Shown piece after piece: positions 35,517-44,007 of a stretch of DNA of 64,000 nucleotides. Origin of the DNA: Candidatus Multivoradales bacterium (lineage in GTDB: Bacteria; Acidobacteriota; Thermoanaerobaculia; Multivoradales; J023). Under the pieces are notes generated by a model. It did not search any database. It was not told where the DNA came from and worked only from the letters and a program-made list of their open reading frames with translations. The DNA is taken from positions 1,536,001-1,600,000 of the forward strand of contig CBDFLE010000005.1 in assembly GCA_965248925.1 (NCBI GenBank), read 5' to 3'. Each line of letters opens with the position of its first letter. Within the stretch, counting starts at the first letter, position 1. The position numbers and the translations under genes were made by a program.

Positions 35517-36599
35517 ATGAAAGCCTCCAGCGCCCGACCCGATCGCCCCCAGTCTCGCAACCCGGCCCAGCATCTCCCAGCCTTGAAAGTCCTGGTGTGG
35601 GACCTGGATCACACTCTCTGGGACGGAGTGCTCTCAGAGGGAGACGAGGTTCAACCGCGACCCGGCGTCCGTCAGGCTCTGGAGACTTTGGATGAGCGCG
35701 GCATCCTACTCTCGGTGGCGAGTAAGAATGACTTTGAGCCGACCATGACTCGACTCAAGGAAATCTCACTAGAACACTTCTTCCTCTACCCGCAAATCGG
35801 CTGGGGGCGCAAATCCGCGGCCATCGAACGAATCGCGACGGCGATCAATGTCGGTGTCGACGCGGTGGGCTTCATCGACGATCAGCCCTTCGAGCGCGAG
35901 GAGGTGAGCCATTCCTTGCCGCTGGTGAGAACCTATGATGCGAACCAGATCGAAGCGCTAGTCGCCAAGCCCGAACTCAAACCTCGTTTCATTACCGGCG
36001 ATTCGGCTAAGCGGCGTGGCATGTATCAGGCCGATCAGGTCCGCCAGTCGATAGAAGATGACTTCGACGGACCTACGGAGGAGTTCCTGGCAAGCCTCGA
36101 CATGCGATTTACTCTCGGCGCAGCCCAGCGTGAAGATCTCCAGCGGGCCGAGGAACTCACCGTCCGGACGCACCAGCTCAACACTACCGGCTACACCTAC
36201 GACTACGAGGATCTCGATCGGTTTCGCCAGTCCGACAATCATCTTCTGCTGATTGCCGGATTGGAAGACAAATACGGTACTTACGGCAATATCGGGTTGG
36301 CACTGATCGACCGGACCACCAAAATTTGGAGCCTTCGCCTGCTCTTGATGTCGTGCCGGGTGATGGCGCGAGGAGTAGGGTCGGTGATGATCCAGTACAT
36401 CCTTCGCGCGGCCAAGAGTCACGGCGCTCGCCTGCAAGCTGAATTTCTTCCCACCGACCGCAATCGGCCAATGCTAGTGACCTATAAATTTGCCGGCTTC
36501 CGGGAAGTCGGCGAGCGCGACGGCATGAAGGTCTTCGAGCATCCCCTCGAGAACTTGCAGCCCTACCCCGACTACATCGAGCTGACCACCATTGACTGA
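35517..36599 (+). CDS. fkbH: FkbH-like HAD-IIIC glyceryl transferase/phosphatase
   Basis: KVLVWDLDHTLWDG, SVASKN, FIDDQPFERE, RTHQLN, EDKYGTYG, LLMSCRV. Confidence 0.95.
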   Translation: MKASSARPDRPQSRNPAQHLPALKVLVWDLDHTLWDGVLSEGDEVQPRPGVRQALETLDERGILLSVASKNDFEPTMTRLKEISLEHFFLYPQIGWGRKSAAIERIATAINVGVDAVGFIDDQPFEREEVSHSLPLVRTYDANQIEALVAKPELKPRFITGDSAKRRGMYQADQVRQSIEDDFDGPTEEFLASLDMRFTLGAAQREDLQRAEELTVRTHQLNTTGYTYDYEDLDRFRQSDNHLLLIAGLEDKYGTYGNIGLALIDRTTKIWSLRLLLMSCRVMARGVGSVMIQYILRAAKSHGARLQAEFLPTDRNRPMLVTYKFAGFREVGERDGMKVFEHPLENLQPYPDYIELTTID

Positions 36600-38068
36600 C
36601 CACGGTGGAGCTTGCCATCCAGCGTCGGTCGAACGTCAATCGTAGCATCGCCTGACACTCCTCTCGCGGCCGGCCGGCCTTCAGGGACGGACGCAGAGGG
36701 ATCGGCACTCGCTAGCGGCAGATCGAATATCACTTCCAGCCCCCCACCCGCCGCCCGCCGGGCGCTAACCTCCCCGCCATGGGCGGCGACCGCGCGGCGG
36801 ACGATCATCAAACCCAATCCGCCGGCTCCGGTCTGCCGTGAACGCGAGGGGTCGGCGCGGTAAAAGGGCTCGAAGAGGTGCTCCAGATGCTCCTCCTCGA
36901 CGCCCGAGCCCTGGTCGGCGACACTCAACCACAGACGCTCTGCGCGGCGCTCGCTACGCAGCGTCACCTCGCCTCGGCCGGCATGGCGGAGGGCGTTTTC
37001 GAATAGGTTGCCGAGACTGCGCACCACCAAAGCCCGGTCGACGAGGACCTCGGTGGCGTCTTTGGCAAGTTCTAACTGCAAGCTCATACCCTGGTCGGCG
37101 GCGGCCAACTCGATACGTTGCCAGGCTTCGGCAGCGAGGTCGGACAACTGCTGCGGCTGGAGATCTAGGTGTACTGAGCCGAGCTCGAAACGACTGGCCA
37201 GCAGCAGCTCTTCGACCAACTCATCGAGGTTGTCGATCTCTTTTTCCAAACCCTCGATGCGACTTTGGGGGTCACCGCTCCCGTGCCGACTATCGCGGCG
37301 CAGCAACTCTAGTTGCAGCTTCATTCGCGCCAGCGGTGACCGCAACTCGTGCGAGACCCCCGCCATCAGCTCTTTCTGGCCGGTGAACATGGCGCCGATA
37401 CGGTCGGCCATGGTGTTGAAGCTGCGCCCCATGTCGGCCACCTCGCCGCTGCCCCGAGTCTTGACCCGATACTCCAGCTGGCCGGCGGCGATGCGATCCA
37501 TCGAACGACGCATGCGGCGCAGGGGCGCTGTCAAGTACATCGCCAGGGCGATTACTGAGACCACCGACACCAGGCCGATCTGCCTCAAACCCATCATGAA
37601 AGCACTGTGGATTTGGCGACTGTGCAAGGGATCCTCAATCCGCAGCTGCCGTACCTCAACCCCCTGGTGGAGGATCGGAATCCGCACTTCGAGCACCGGC
37701 GGGCCGTCGATCCAACAATTCCGCCCGGCGACCTCAACCTCGCGACTGGAGCGAGCATGGGGCCAAAACCAAGCCAACTCCCGCGGCGCCGCCCCGGCCG
37801 GTATCAGCCCCAGGTGCAAACCGCTCTTCCCCACCTGGCGACCGACCAGCTCGGCCACGGCTTCGCCCTCAACGGACTGGCCGCTGGCGATCAGACCCTC
37901 GACTTCCTCGGCTATCGCCACTCCTTGATGGGCCATCAGCAGAGCGACCTCGCGCATCGTGTCGCGCCCCGCCACACGCAGAAAGAGCAGCAGGGTCAAC
38001 ACCAGCGCGGTCAGCAGTACGGCGGTGAAAACAGCGGCGATCTTGGCCGCCAGCAGGAATGACTTCAC
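36572..38068 (-). CDS. HAMP-domain sensor histidine kinase (CpxA/BaeS-like)
   Basis: Two TM segments, HAMP, H-box SHELRSPL, N-box NLFENA, DQGSG, F-box, GGLGL. The C-terminal tail overlaps the fkbH stop. Confidence 0.95.
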   Translation of the reverse strand: MKSFLLAAKIAAVFTAVLLTALVLTLLLFLRVAGRDTMREVALLMAHQGVAIAEEVEGLIASGQSVEGEAVAELVGRQVGKSGLHLGLIPAGAAPRELAWFWPHARSSREVEVAGRNCWIDGPPVLEVRIPILHQGVEVRQLRIEDPLHSRQIHSAFMMGLRQIGLVSVVSVIALAMYLTAPLRRMRRSMDRIAAGQLEYRVKTRGSGEVADMGRSFNTMADRIGAMFTGQKELMAGVSHELRSPLARMKLQLELLRRDSRHGSGDPQSRIEGLEKEIDNLDELVEELLLASRFELGSVHLDLQPQQLSDLAAEAWQRIELAAADQGMSLQLELAKDATEVLVDRALVVRSLGNLFENALRHAGRGEVTLRSERRAERLWLSVADQGSGVEEEHLEHLFEPFYRADPSRSRQTGAGGLGLMIVRRAVAAHGGEVSARRAAGGGLEVIFDLPLASADPSASVPEGRPAARGVSGDATIDVRPTLDGKLHRGQSMVVSSM

Positions 38069-38769
38069 TCTGACTCTCCACGGCTCAGCTGATAGCCGAC
38101 GCCGCGCACTGTCTTGAGCAGCTCGGGCTGTTTGGGATCGCGCTCGATCTTGTGCCGCAAGCGGCTGACGTGGACATCGATCGAGCGGTCGTAAGCGGCC
38201 CAGCCGGGACCGTGCAGGTGTTCCAAGATCTGCTCGCGCGACAGCACCCGGCCGGCGCTCTCAGCCAACACCCGAAGGAGGTCGAATTCGGCGCTGGTCA
38301 GTTCCACCGGGCGGCCGTGGGCTTTGACCGAACGGGCTCCGGGATCGATCACCAAAGGTCCAACGGTCAATGCCGCCGGCACCGAAGCCGCAGCCGATGG
38401 TGCCTCCAACCGCCGCAGGATGGCGCGAATCCGGGCCAGTAGCTCGCGCGGGTTGAAGGGCTTCGGCAGATAGTCGTCGGCGCCGATCTCCAGACCAACG
38501 ATGCGGTCGGTTTCGTCGCCGCGCGCGGTCAGCATCAAAATCGGCACCCGGCTGCTGGCACGGATGCGGCGGCAGACCTCCAGCCCGTCAATTCCCGGCA
38601 GCATCAGGTCGAGGATCACCAGATCAGGGGCCGAAGACTCGACCGCTGCCAAGCCCTTGGGACCATCGTGAGCCGCCGCCAAGACGAAGCCCTCCTCACC
38701 CAGATACTCTCGCATCAGGGCAACCAGTTCTTGGTCGTCGTCGATCATCAACAGCTGCATGGTGGGCAT
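38065..38769 (-). CDS. OmpR-family response regulator (CpxR-like)
   Basis: LLMIDDD, VILDLMLPG, LTARG, GADDYLPKPF, winged-helix RSIDVHVSRLRHKIE..KTVRGVGY. Start probably at ATG 38769 or 38760; the ORF-track extension to 38976 overlaps the upstream gene. Confidence 0.95.
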   Translation of the reverse strand: MPTMQLLMIDDDQELVALMREYLGEEGFVLAAAHDGPKGLAAVESSAPDLVILDLMLPGIDGLEVCRRIRASSRVPILMLTARGDETDRIVGLEIGADDYLPKPFNPRELLARIRAILRRLEAPSAAASVPAALTVGPLVIDPGARSVKAHGRPVELTSAEFDLLRVLAESAGRVLSREQILEHLHGPGWAAYDRSIDVHVSRLRHKIERDPKQPELLKTVRGVGYQLSRGESE

Positions 38770-38780
38770 TCTCGCACGCA

Positions 38781-38812
38781 CCCTGGCGCCGCCCGGCGAG
38801 GCGGCGCCAGGG
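38781..38812. other. Perfect 13-bp GC-rich hairpin between the cpxP-like gene and the response regulator
   Basis: CCCTGGCGCCGCC-cggcga-GGCGGCGCCAGGG; no U-tract. Confidence 0.7.
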
Positions 38813-38842
38813 AAGCTGAGGGGCCCCCTGCTCGGAGCGGCC

Positions 38843-39406
38843 TCAAGGGTGCGAGCCGCGGCCCCCATGCCGGTGGTGCTCGCCCGATGCCTGGCCGCCG
38901 TCCCGGCCGAGCAACATCTGATGCGCCTCGCGCAGGGTGTCGAAATGCTCGACCAGCAGCGCCCGTTGCTGCTCATCGAGGCTATTCATCAGCGCCGCCA
39001 AGTCGTCGCTGATCTGGTAGCCCGCCGTGCGTAGATGCTCGATGTGCTGATCGACCATGGCGCGCCCCTCGGCCGGATCCAGGTCACCAGCGGTGATCCG
39101 TTGCAGCACCTGGTGCAGGTGCTCAGGGCCGTGCTCGGCGCGGGCATGGTGCAGGCTGCTCAGGGTTTCGTGCAATGAGTCGACGAAAACCTGCTGGTCG
39201 TGGCGCAAATCCAGCTTGGCGATCAAGTTGGCGGCCATCGCGTGAATATCGTGGCCGCCACCGCGGCCATGGCCGGCAAACCAACCACCGCCGCCTGCTC
39301 CGGCGGCAACGCTGAAGCCGATCAGGGTCAAAGCCAGCAGTGCCAAGCCCAGCAGGGCGGCCTTCAGCCCGCCCCTCTTCGAGTTGTTGTCGTTGTTCTG
39401 GATCAT
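38843..39406 (-). CDS. Periplasmic Spy/CpxP/ZraP-like, His-rich helical protein
   Basis: Signal peptide, KLDLRHDQQ and SLDEQQRALL (LTxxQ-like motifs), GAGGAG RBS; first gene of the regulator-kinase unit. Confidence 0.7.
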   Translation of the reverse strand: MIQNNDNNSKRGGLKAALLGLALLALTLIGFSVAAGAGGGGWFAGHGRGGGHDIHAMAANLIAKLDLRHDQQVFVDSLHETLSSLHHARAEHGPEHLHQVLQRITAGDLDPAEGRAMVDQHIEHLRTAGYQISDDLAALMNSLDEQQRALLVEHFDTLREAHQMLLGRDGGQASGEHHRHGGRGSHP

Positions 39407-39514
39407 CAGGATTCTCCTCGTCGCGGCAGACGACCGTCAAATCGATCGTCGCTCGAGGAGAAGAATCCCCTGGTGGTCTTGCCAGCTGATGTGGGAACTG
39501 TTGGCGCCGATGAA

Positions 39515-39539
39515 GAGATGTTGCGAGATGTTGCGAGAT
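39515..39539 (-). promoter_or_regulatory. 10-bp tandem direct repeat (GAGATGTTGC)x2.5, candidate OmpR/CpxR-type box
   Basis: The minus strand reads GCAAC-N5-GCAAC, ~110 nt upstream of the cpxP-like start. Confidence 0.45.
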
Positions 39540-39574
39540 CACGGTCAGCTATCGTCGCTGCCGACCCGATGCGG

Positions 39575-41203
39575 TCAGGGGGCGGCGGGATCTGCCTGGC
39601 CGGTCACCTGGATCTGGCCGGCGACGGGGTTCTCGAAGGACTCCACCGTGCCGTCGAGGTAGGTCACCTCAAGCTTGGCGGCCGCCCCGGCAGGACCCAG
39701 GCCGAAGGTCAGCAGCGGCGCGGAATCGCTGCCCAGGCCCTCGCCCACCACGTAGAGGTCCGTGAGAATCTCACCGCTCAGCGTGGTGAGCTCGGCGCGG
39801 GCGCCGGCAAAGTGAGCACGCTCAGGAAATCGCACCTGGATGGAATGTTGCCCACCGCCGCGGCTGAGGAATGCCTTGGGCCGGCCACCGAGATTGGTAT
39901 ACACCAGATCCGGGTAGCCATCGGCGTTGAAATCGGCGGTGATCGGTGCAATCGCGAAGCTCTCGTTGACCACCCCGGCCTGCTCCTCGACCGCGGCAAA
40001 GGTACCGTCGGGCCGCTGCACCAGGAAGCGACAAGGAAGTCTGAAGAGCTGGTGTGCCGGAAAAGCGATGTAGTTCTCAGCCACTACCAGATCCTGCCGG
40101 CCATCGAGGCTGAAGTCTTCGAGCAGCGCACCCCAGCCGAACTCAAAATGCGCCACCTTGGTCTCTCTCGCGGTGTTGGAGAAGCGGAAATCCCCGCGAC
40201 TGTTCAGCAAGATCCAGTCGGTCACCAGCTGCTGCCCCGGGCGCAGATCACCCTTGGCCAGGAACCGTGGCACGGTGCTGCCGGTGTTGCTGAAGAAAAG
40301 ATCGACCCGGCGATCATTGTCGTAGTCGCCAACCGCGATCCCCATCGGATAAGCGAACTGACCGCTCAGCGGATTGACCTCGACGCTGAACCTTTCGCCA
40401 CGATGATTCTGATAGATACGCGGCTCGCCGGTGTCGTAGGCCACCACCAAGTCTAGCCAACCATCAGCATCTAGATCGACAAAAACACCTTGGAAGGTGT
40501 TGTGGGTGTACTGCAATCCGACTTCTTGAGTGACATCGGTAAAGTGCAGCGCACCATCGTTTCTGAGCAGTAGGCTGTTCGAGCCATAGCCCTGCTGATT
40601 GAAGATCGTCTGCCCCTCCATCAGCTCCTGCTTGAGGTAGGTAGCGAGGAATATGTCGCCGTCGCCATCGCGGTCGTAGTCACCAACGGTCAGGGTGGCT
40701 GGGCTCGACTTGTCGTCTGGCTCGATGGGCAAGCGCAGCGACTCGAAGTGGCCACCGAGATTGTGCAGCAAGAAAACCCCATCGCGGCGAGTCACCAGCA
40801 AGTCGGTGGGGCCATCCTCATCGAGATCGAAGGAAACCGCTCCAATAGAGGGCGCTGCCACCTTGCCGCCAATCCCCACCAGCTGGGAGATATCCTCGAA
40901 ACCACCATCGATATACCGGAAGAGGGCATCCGCCTGGCCGGCACCACCGCCAAAGAACAGCTCATCGAGTCCATCGCCATCGATATCGATCACCGCTCCG
41001 GCCATCATTGGCAAGTCGCGGGTGGCGTCGAAGAAGTGCTCGAAGGCGATGTCGACCTCGGTGAATAGCGGAATCTCCTCAGCCGGCACCGTGTAGTCGC
41101 AATCCTCGACATAGGGATCGCGGGTGTCATCGTAGGCCAGCCAGAGCAAGAAACCGATGATCGCGGCCAAGCCGATCACCGCAACAGCCACCAGTCTCTT
41201 CAT
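39575..41203 (-). CDS. CRTAC1/ASPIC-UnbV family FG-GAP repeat protein, membrane-anchored or exported
   Basis: N-terminal TM, repeated DxDxDG motifs (DIDGDGLDEL, DYDRDGDGDI, DLDADGWLDL, DFNADGYPDL), C-terminal LTFGLG ASPIC/UnbV-like segment. Start at 41203 preferred over 41272. Confidence 0.85.
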   Translation of the reverse strand: MKRLVAVAVIGLAAIIGFLLWLAYDDTRDPYVEDCDYTVPAEEIPLFTEVDIAFEHFFDATRDLPMMAGAVIDIDGDGLDELFFGGGAGQADALFRYIDGGFEDISQLVGIGGKVAAPSIGAVSFDLDEDGPTDLLVTRRDGVFLLHNLGGHFESLRLPIEPDDKSSPATLTVGDYDRDGDGDIFLATYLKQELMEGQTIFNQQGYGSNSLLLRNDGALHFTDVTQEVGLQYTHNTFQGVFVDLDADGWLDLVVAYDTGEPRIYQNHRGERFSVEVNPLSGQFAYPMGIAVGDYDNDRRVDLFFSNTGSTVPRFLAKGDLRPGQQLVTDWILLNSRGDFRFSNTARETKVAHFEFGWGALLEDFSLDGRQDLVVAENYIAFPAHQLFRLPCRFLVQRPDGTFAAVEEQAGVVNESFAIAPITADFNADGYPDLVYTNLGGRPKAFLSRGGGQHSIQVRFPERAHFAGARAELTTLSGEILTDLYVVGEGLGSDSAPLLTFGLGPAGAAAKLEVTYLDGTVESFENPVAGQIQVTGQADPAAP

Positions 41204-41635
41204 CGGACAAGATACCTCGAGAAATTCATTGTGAGCGCTGGATAGCCTATACGAAAGTCCACCGCTGACCATCTCCGAGCCAGGGTCGCCGCACTCGCCC
41301 GGGTGCAGCCGGACCCGCGCCTCACTGAGCCAAGACTCGTTGGTTTACAGAAGAGCCTACGCGAGTCTCACCGCACCGGATCACTCGAGGGTCCTCTCCA
41401 TCGGCAACAGTGTAACACTCCGGCTTGGCGATCGCGGCCTGCTCGAAAGAGCTGCCCGCTGACCACAGTAGATCGATCAGGTTGCAAGCCATTCGCCGCG
41501 TCGGACCGCCGGCCGGCGGAGCGTTCTGGCGATGCTCGAAGGTAGCCCACAGCCACTGCGGCGCTCAAAAAGTCTTGTGGATCACATGCTGTGCGGGTGC
41601 CAGCTCGGTTTTATCGAGGACTGCTCGAGACTTAC

Positions 41636-43039
41636 CTACGACTCCGAGGCTTGGTCGAGGAAGATCTTGCCCGGATTCATCAGTCCGGCGGGATCGAGGG
41701 CCTGCTTGAGCGAGCGCATCACCGCCAGCGCTTCACCGTGCTCGGCGGCCAAGAAACGGCTTTTGCCGATACCAACCCCATGCTCCCCGGTGCAGGTGCC
41801 AGACATCTCTTGGGCGCGCTCCACCAGCCGCTGATTGAAGCTCTGCGCCGCCTTCACCTCGGCCGCATTGGCGGGGTTGATGACGATGATGCAGTGGAAG
41901 TTACCATCGCCGACATGGCCGATGATCGGCGCCACCAGTGCCGCCCGCCCGAGGTCGCGCTTGGTCTCGAGCAAGCACTCGGCGAGCCGCGACAGGGGCA
42001 CGCAAACATCGGTCGACATCGCCCTGCAGCCAGGGCGCAAGGCCAGGGCGGCGAAGTAGGCTTGGTGGCGAGCGTGCCACAGCTGGGCGCGTTCGGCGCC
42101 GTCGTCGGACCAGCGGAAGTCCTCGCCGCCGTGATCGCCAGCTACCTGCCCAGCTTCTTCAGCCTCCTCGGCCACCGACGAGGGACTGCCATGAAGCTCC
42201 AAGAAAAGGGTCGGTCGCAGCGGGTTGTCGAGGCCCGAGTGACGATTCACCGCGTCGACAGCAACCTCGTCGAGCAGCTCGACCCGGGCCACCGGAATAC
42301 CCTGCTGAATCAGCTCGCTAGCGGCCTCGACCGCGTTCTCCAAGCTGGGGAAGGAGACCACCGCCGCCGACATCGCCTCGGGCAGCCCCCACACCTTGAC
42401 GGTGACTTCGGTGATCACCCCCAGAGTGCCTTCCGAACCGATGAACAGACGGGTCAGATCGTAGCCCGCCGAAGACTTGCGCGCTCGCCCACCGGTGTGG
42501 ATCAGGCGGCCATCGGCCAGCACCACCTGCAGGGCCAGCACGTTCTCCCGCAAGGTGCCGTAGCGCACCGCGGTGGTGCCGCTAGCACCGGTCGCCGCCA
42601 TCCCGCCGAAGGTGGCATCGGCGCCCGGATCGACCGGAAAAAACAGCCCGTGGTCTTCCAGCCGCCTACCCAGCTGCCGGCGGGTGACGCCGGCCTCGAC
42701 GGTCGCATCGAGATCTCCGGGCCGGATCGCCAGCACCCGATCCAGCCGCGACATGTCGAGCGACAGGCCACCGTGGACGGCCAGCACATGTCCCTCTAAC
42801 GAGGTGCCGGCACCATAGGGGATGACCGGCAACCGGTGCTCGGCACAGATGCGGACGATCGCTTGCACCTCGTCGGTCGAAGTCGGAAAGGCCACCGCAT
42901 CAGGCGGTTGCTGGGGATACCAGGACTCGTCGCGGCCATGCTCCTCGACGATCGACGGGCCGGTCGACAGGCGGTCGCCGAGCAGCCGGGTCAGCTGTTC
43001 AAGGGCGGACGCTGTCTGGGTAGGCTGAAGTCTCACCAT
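41636..43039 (-). CDS. FAD-linked oxidase, D-lactate dehydrogenase (cytochrome)/GlcD family
   Basis: PYGAGTSLEGH, PVDPGADA, RKSSAGYDL, GSEGTLG, HVGDGNFH, TGEHGVGIGK, MNPGK. Confidence 0.92.
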   Translation of the reverse strand: MVRLQPTQTASALEQLTRLLGDRLSTGPSIVEEHGRDESWYPQQPPDAVAFPTSTDEVQAIVRICAEHRLPVIPYGAGTSLEGHVLAVHGGLSLDMSRLDRVLAIRPGDLDATVEAGVTRRQLGRRLEDHGLFFPVDPGADATFGGMAATGASGTTAVRYGTLRENVLALQVVLADGRLIHTGGRARKSSAGYDLTRLFIGSEGTLGVITEVTVKVWGLPEAMSAAVVSFPSLENAVEAASELIQQGIPVARVELLDEVAVDAVNRHSGLDNPLRPTLFLELHGSPSSVAEEAEEAGQVAGDHGGEDFRWSDDGAERAQLWHARHQAYFAALALRPGCRAMSTDVCVPLSRLAECLLETKRDLGRAALVAPIIGHVGDGNFHCIIVINPANAAEVKAAQSFNQRLVERAQEMSGTCTGEHGVGIGKSRFLAAEHGEALAVMRSLKQALDPAGLMNPGKIFLDQASES

Positions 43040-43102
43040 GCCCTACCCTGACCGATCCAGCGGTGAGCGGTCAACAACCCGACGCCGACAGGACTCTGGA
43101 AC

Positions 43103-43480
43103 CTAGCCAGCCGAGACCTGTAATAACGTCTGCTCGGCGATCCGCGAGAAGATCTTATCCCGCGTCAACAATGGAGCATTGCGATCCAGAGCACACTGTG
43201 CAATATGCGCATCGGGTGTCGAGACCGAGATCCCTACCCCCCTGAGCTGGCGCCGCAGATGGCCGACTCGGATCCAATGTTGCAGTGAGGCCGAATGACA
43301 CGGCAGCCTGGCCAGCAGAGCGAGCAGCTCTGCCCGCAGCCCCTTATTCCTAGCGCCGCTGATCAGCTCGGCAGCAACGACCGGAGTCAGCGTTGCAAGA
43401 CCGAGGCGCAAGGCCTCTTCGAGGCCATCAACCCTCTCCCCGGCGAAGAAGTCTATCCACACAGAGGTATCAACGATCAT
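43103..43480 (-). CDS. vapC: PIN-domain toxin (VapC family)
   Basis: MIVDTSVWIDFF...AELISG...DAHIAQCA...LLTRDKIF; the start overlaps the antitoxin stop. Confidence 0.9.
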   Translation of the reverse strand: MIVDTSVWIDFFAGERVDGLEEALRLGLATLTPVVAAELISGARNKGLRAELLALLARLPCHSASLQHWIRVGHLRRQLRGVGISVSTPDAHIAQCALDRNAPLLTRDKIFSRIAEQTLLQVSAG

Positions 43481-43679
43481 GCCGTTGCCGCGACTGATCG
43501 AGGTCGACATCGAGCTTCAGCCGGCCACGAAGAGCCACCGCTTGCTCGAAGGCACCTCCTCTGCAAACCCTGTCGAGCCCTTGGATCAGGGTCTCGGTAA
43601 TACCCTTGCCAGTGACCTCCATGGCCATCTGCAATCGGTCGCGGGGGATATTCGCGGTAATCCGCTTGATCTCGTTCAT
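43470..43679 (-). CDS. Probable VapB-type antitoxin
   Basis: Small ORF KRITANIPRDRLQMAMEVTGKGITET...LRGRLKLDVDLDQSR directly upstream of and overlapping vapC. Start at 43679 (ORF track 43715). Confidence 0.75.
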   Translation of the reverse strand: MNEIKRITANIPRDRLQMAMEVTGKGITETLIQGLDRVCRGGAFEQAVALRGRLKLDVDLDQSRQRHDR

Positions 43680-43932
43680 ACACTGATATTGACAGTCGTC
43701 CTGATCGCGAGTCAAGCGCGGCGCCTTGCTTCTTCAACTACTCACGACTCCCAGTTCCGTTCGCCGAAGCGGGTTAGTGGGTCTACCGTCTGGAGCAGGG
43801 TGAAGCGCGCTGGTTGGCGCAGATGAACGGCGGTCACGGCGAACGGCTGCTGTGGGCCAAGGACCACAGCCGGCGGCACCTCGACGTCGACGCGGTGAGA
43901 TTCATCCGCCGCTGAGCCTCTCGCTCATTCCA

Positions 43933-43967
43933 GTGAGGGCATCCCCGGCCAGACGGGACGCCCTCAC
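43933..43967 (-). terminator. Stem-loop downstream of the PQQ-propeller gene (possible terminator or stabiliser)
   Basis: GTGAGGGCATCCC-9nt-GGGACGCCCTCAC; the single mismatch becomes a G-U pair on the minus-strand RNA; no U-tract. Confidence 0.4.
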
Positions 43968-44007
43968 CACCGGCGCATCGGCGGCTGCTCTGCTTTCAGC
44001 GTCTCGC

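Noticed and set aside
39200-42799. Plus-strand ORFs 39200-40456 and 41591-42799
   Set aside because: Antisense shadows of the CRTAC1-like and FAD-oxidase genes.
41636-43039. FAD oxidase as the substitute for the missing FkbI
   Set aside because: Looks like an ordinary D-lactate dehydrogenase/GlcD-family enzyme, 5 kb away in a different transcription unit; nothing links it to the cluster.
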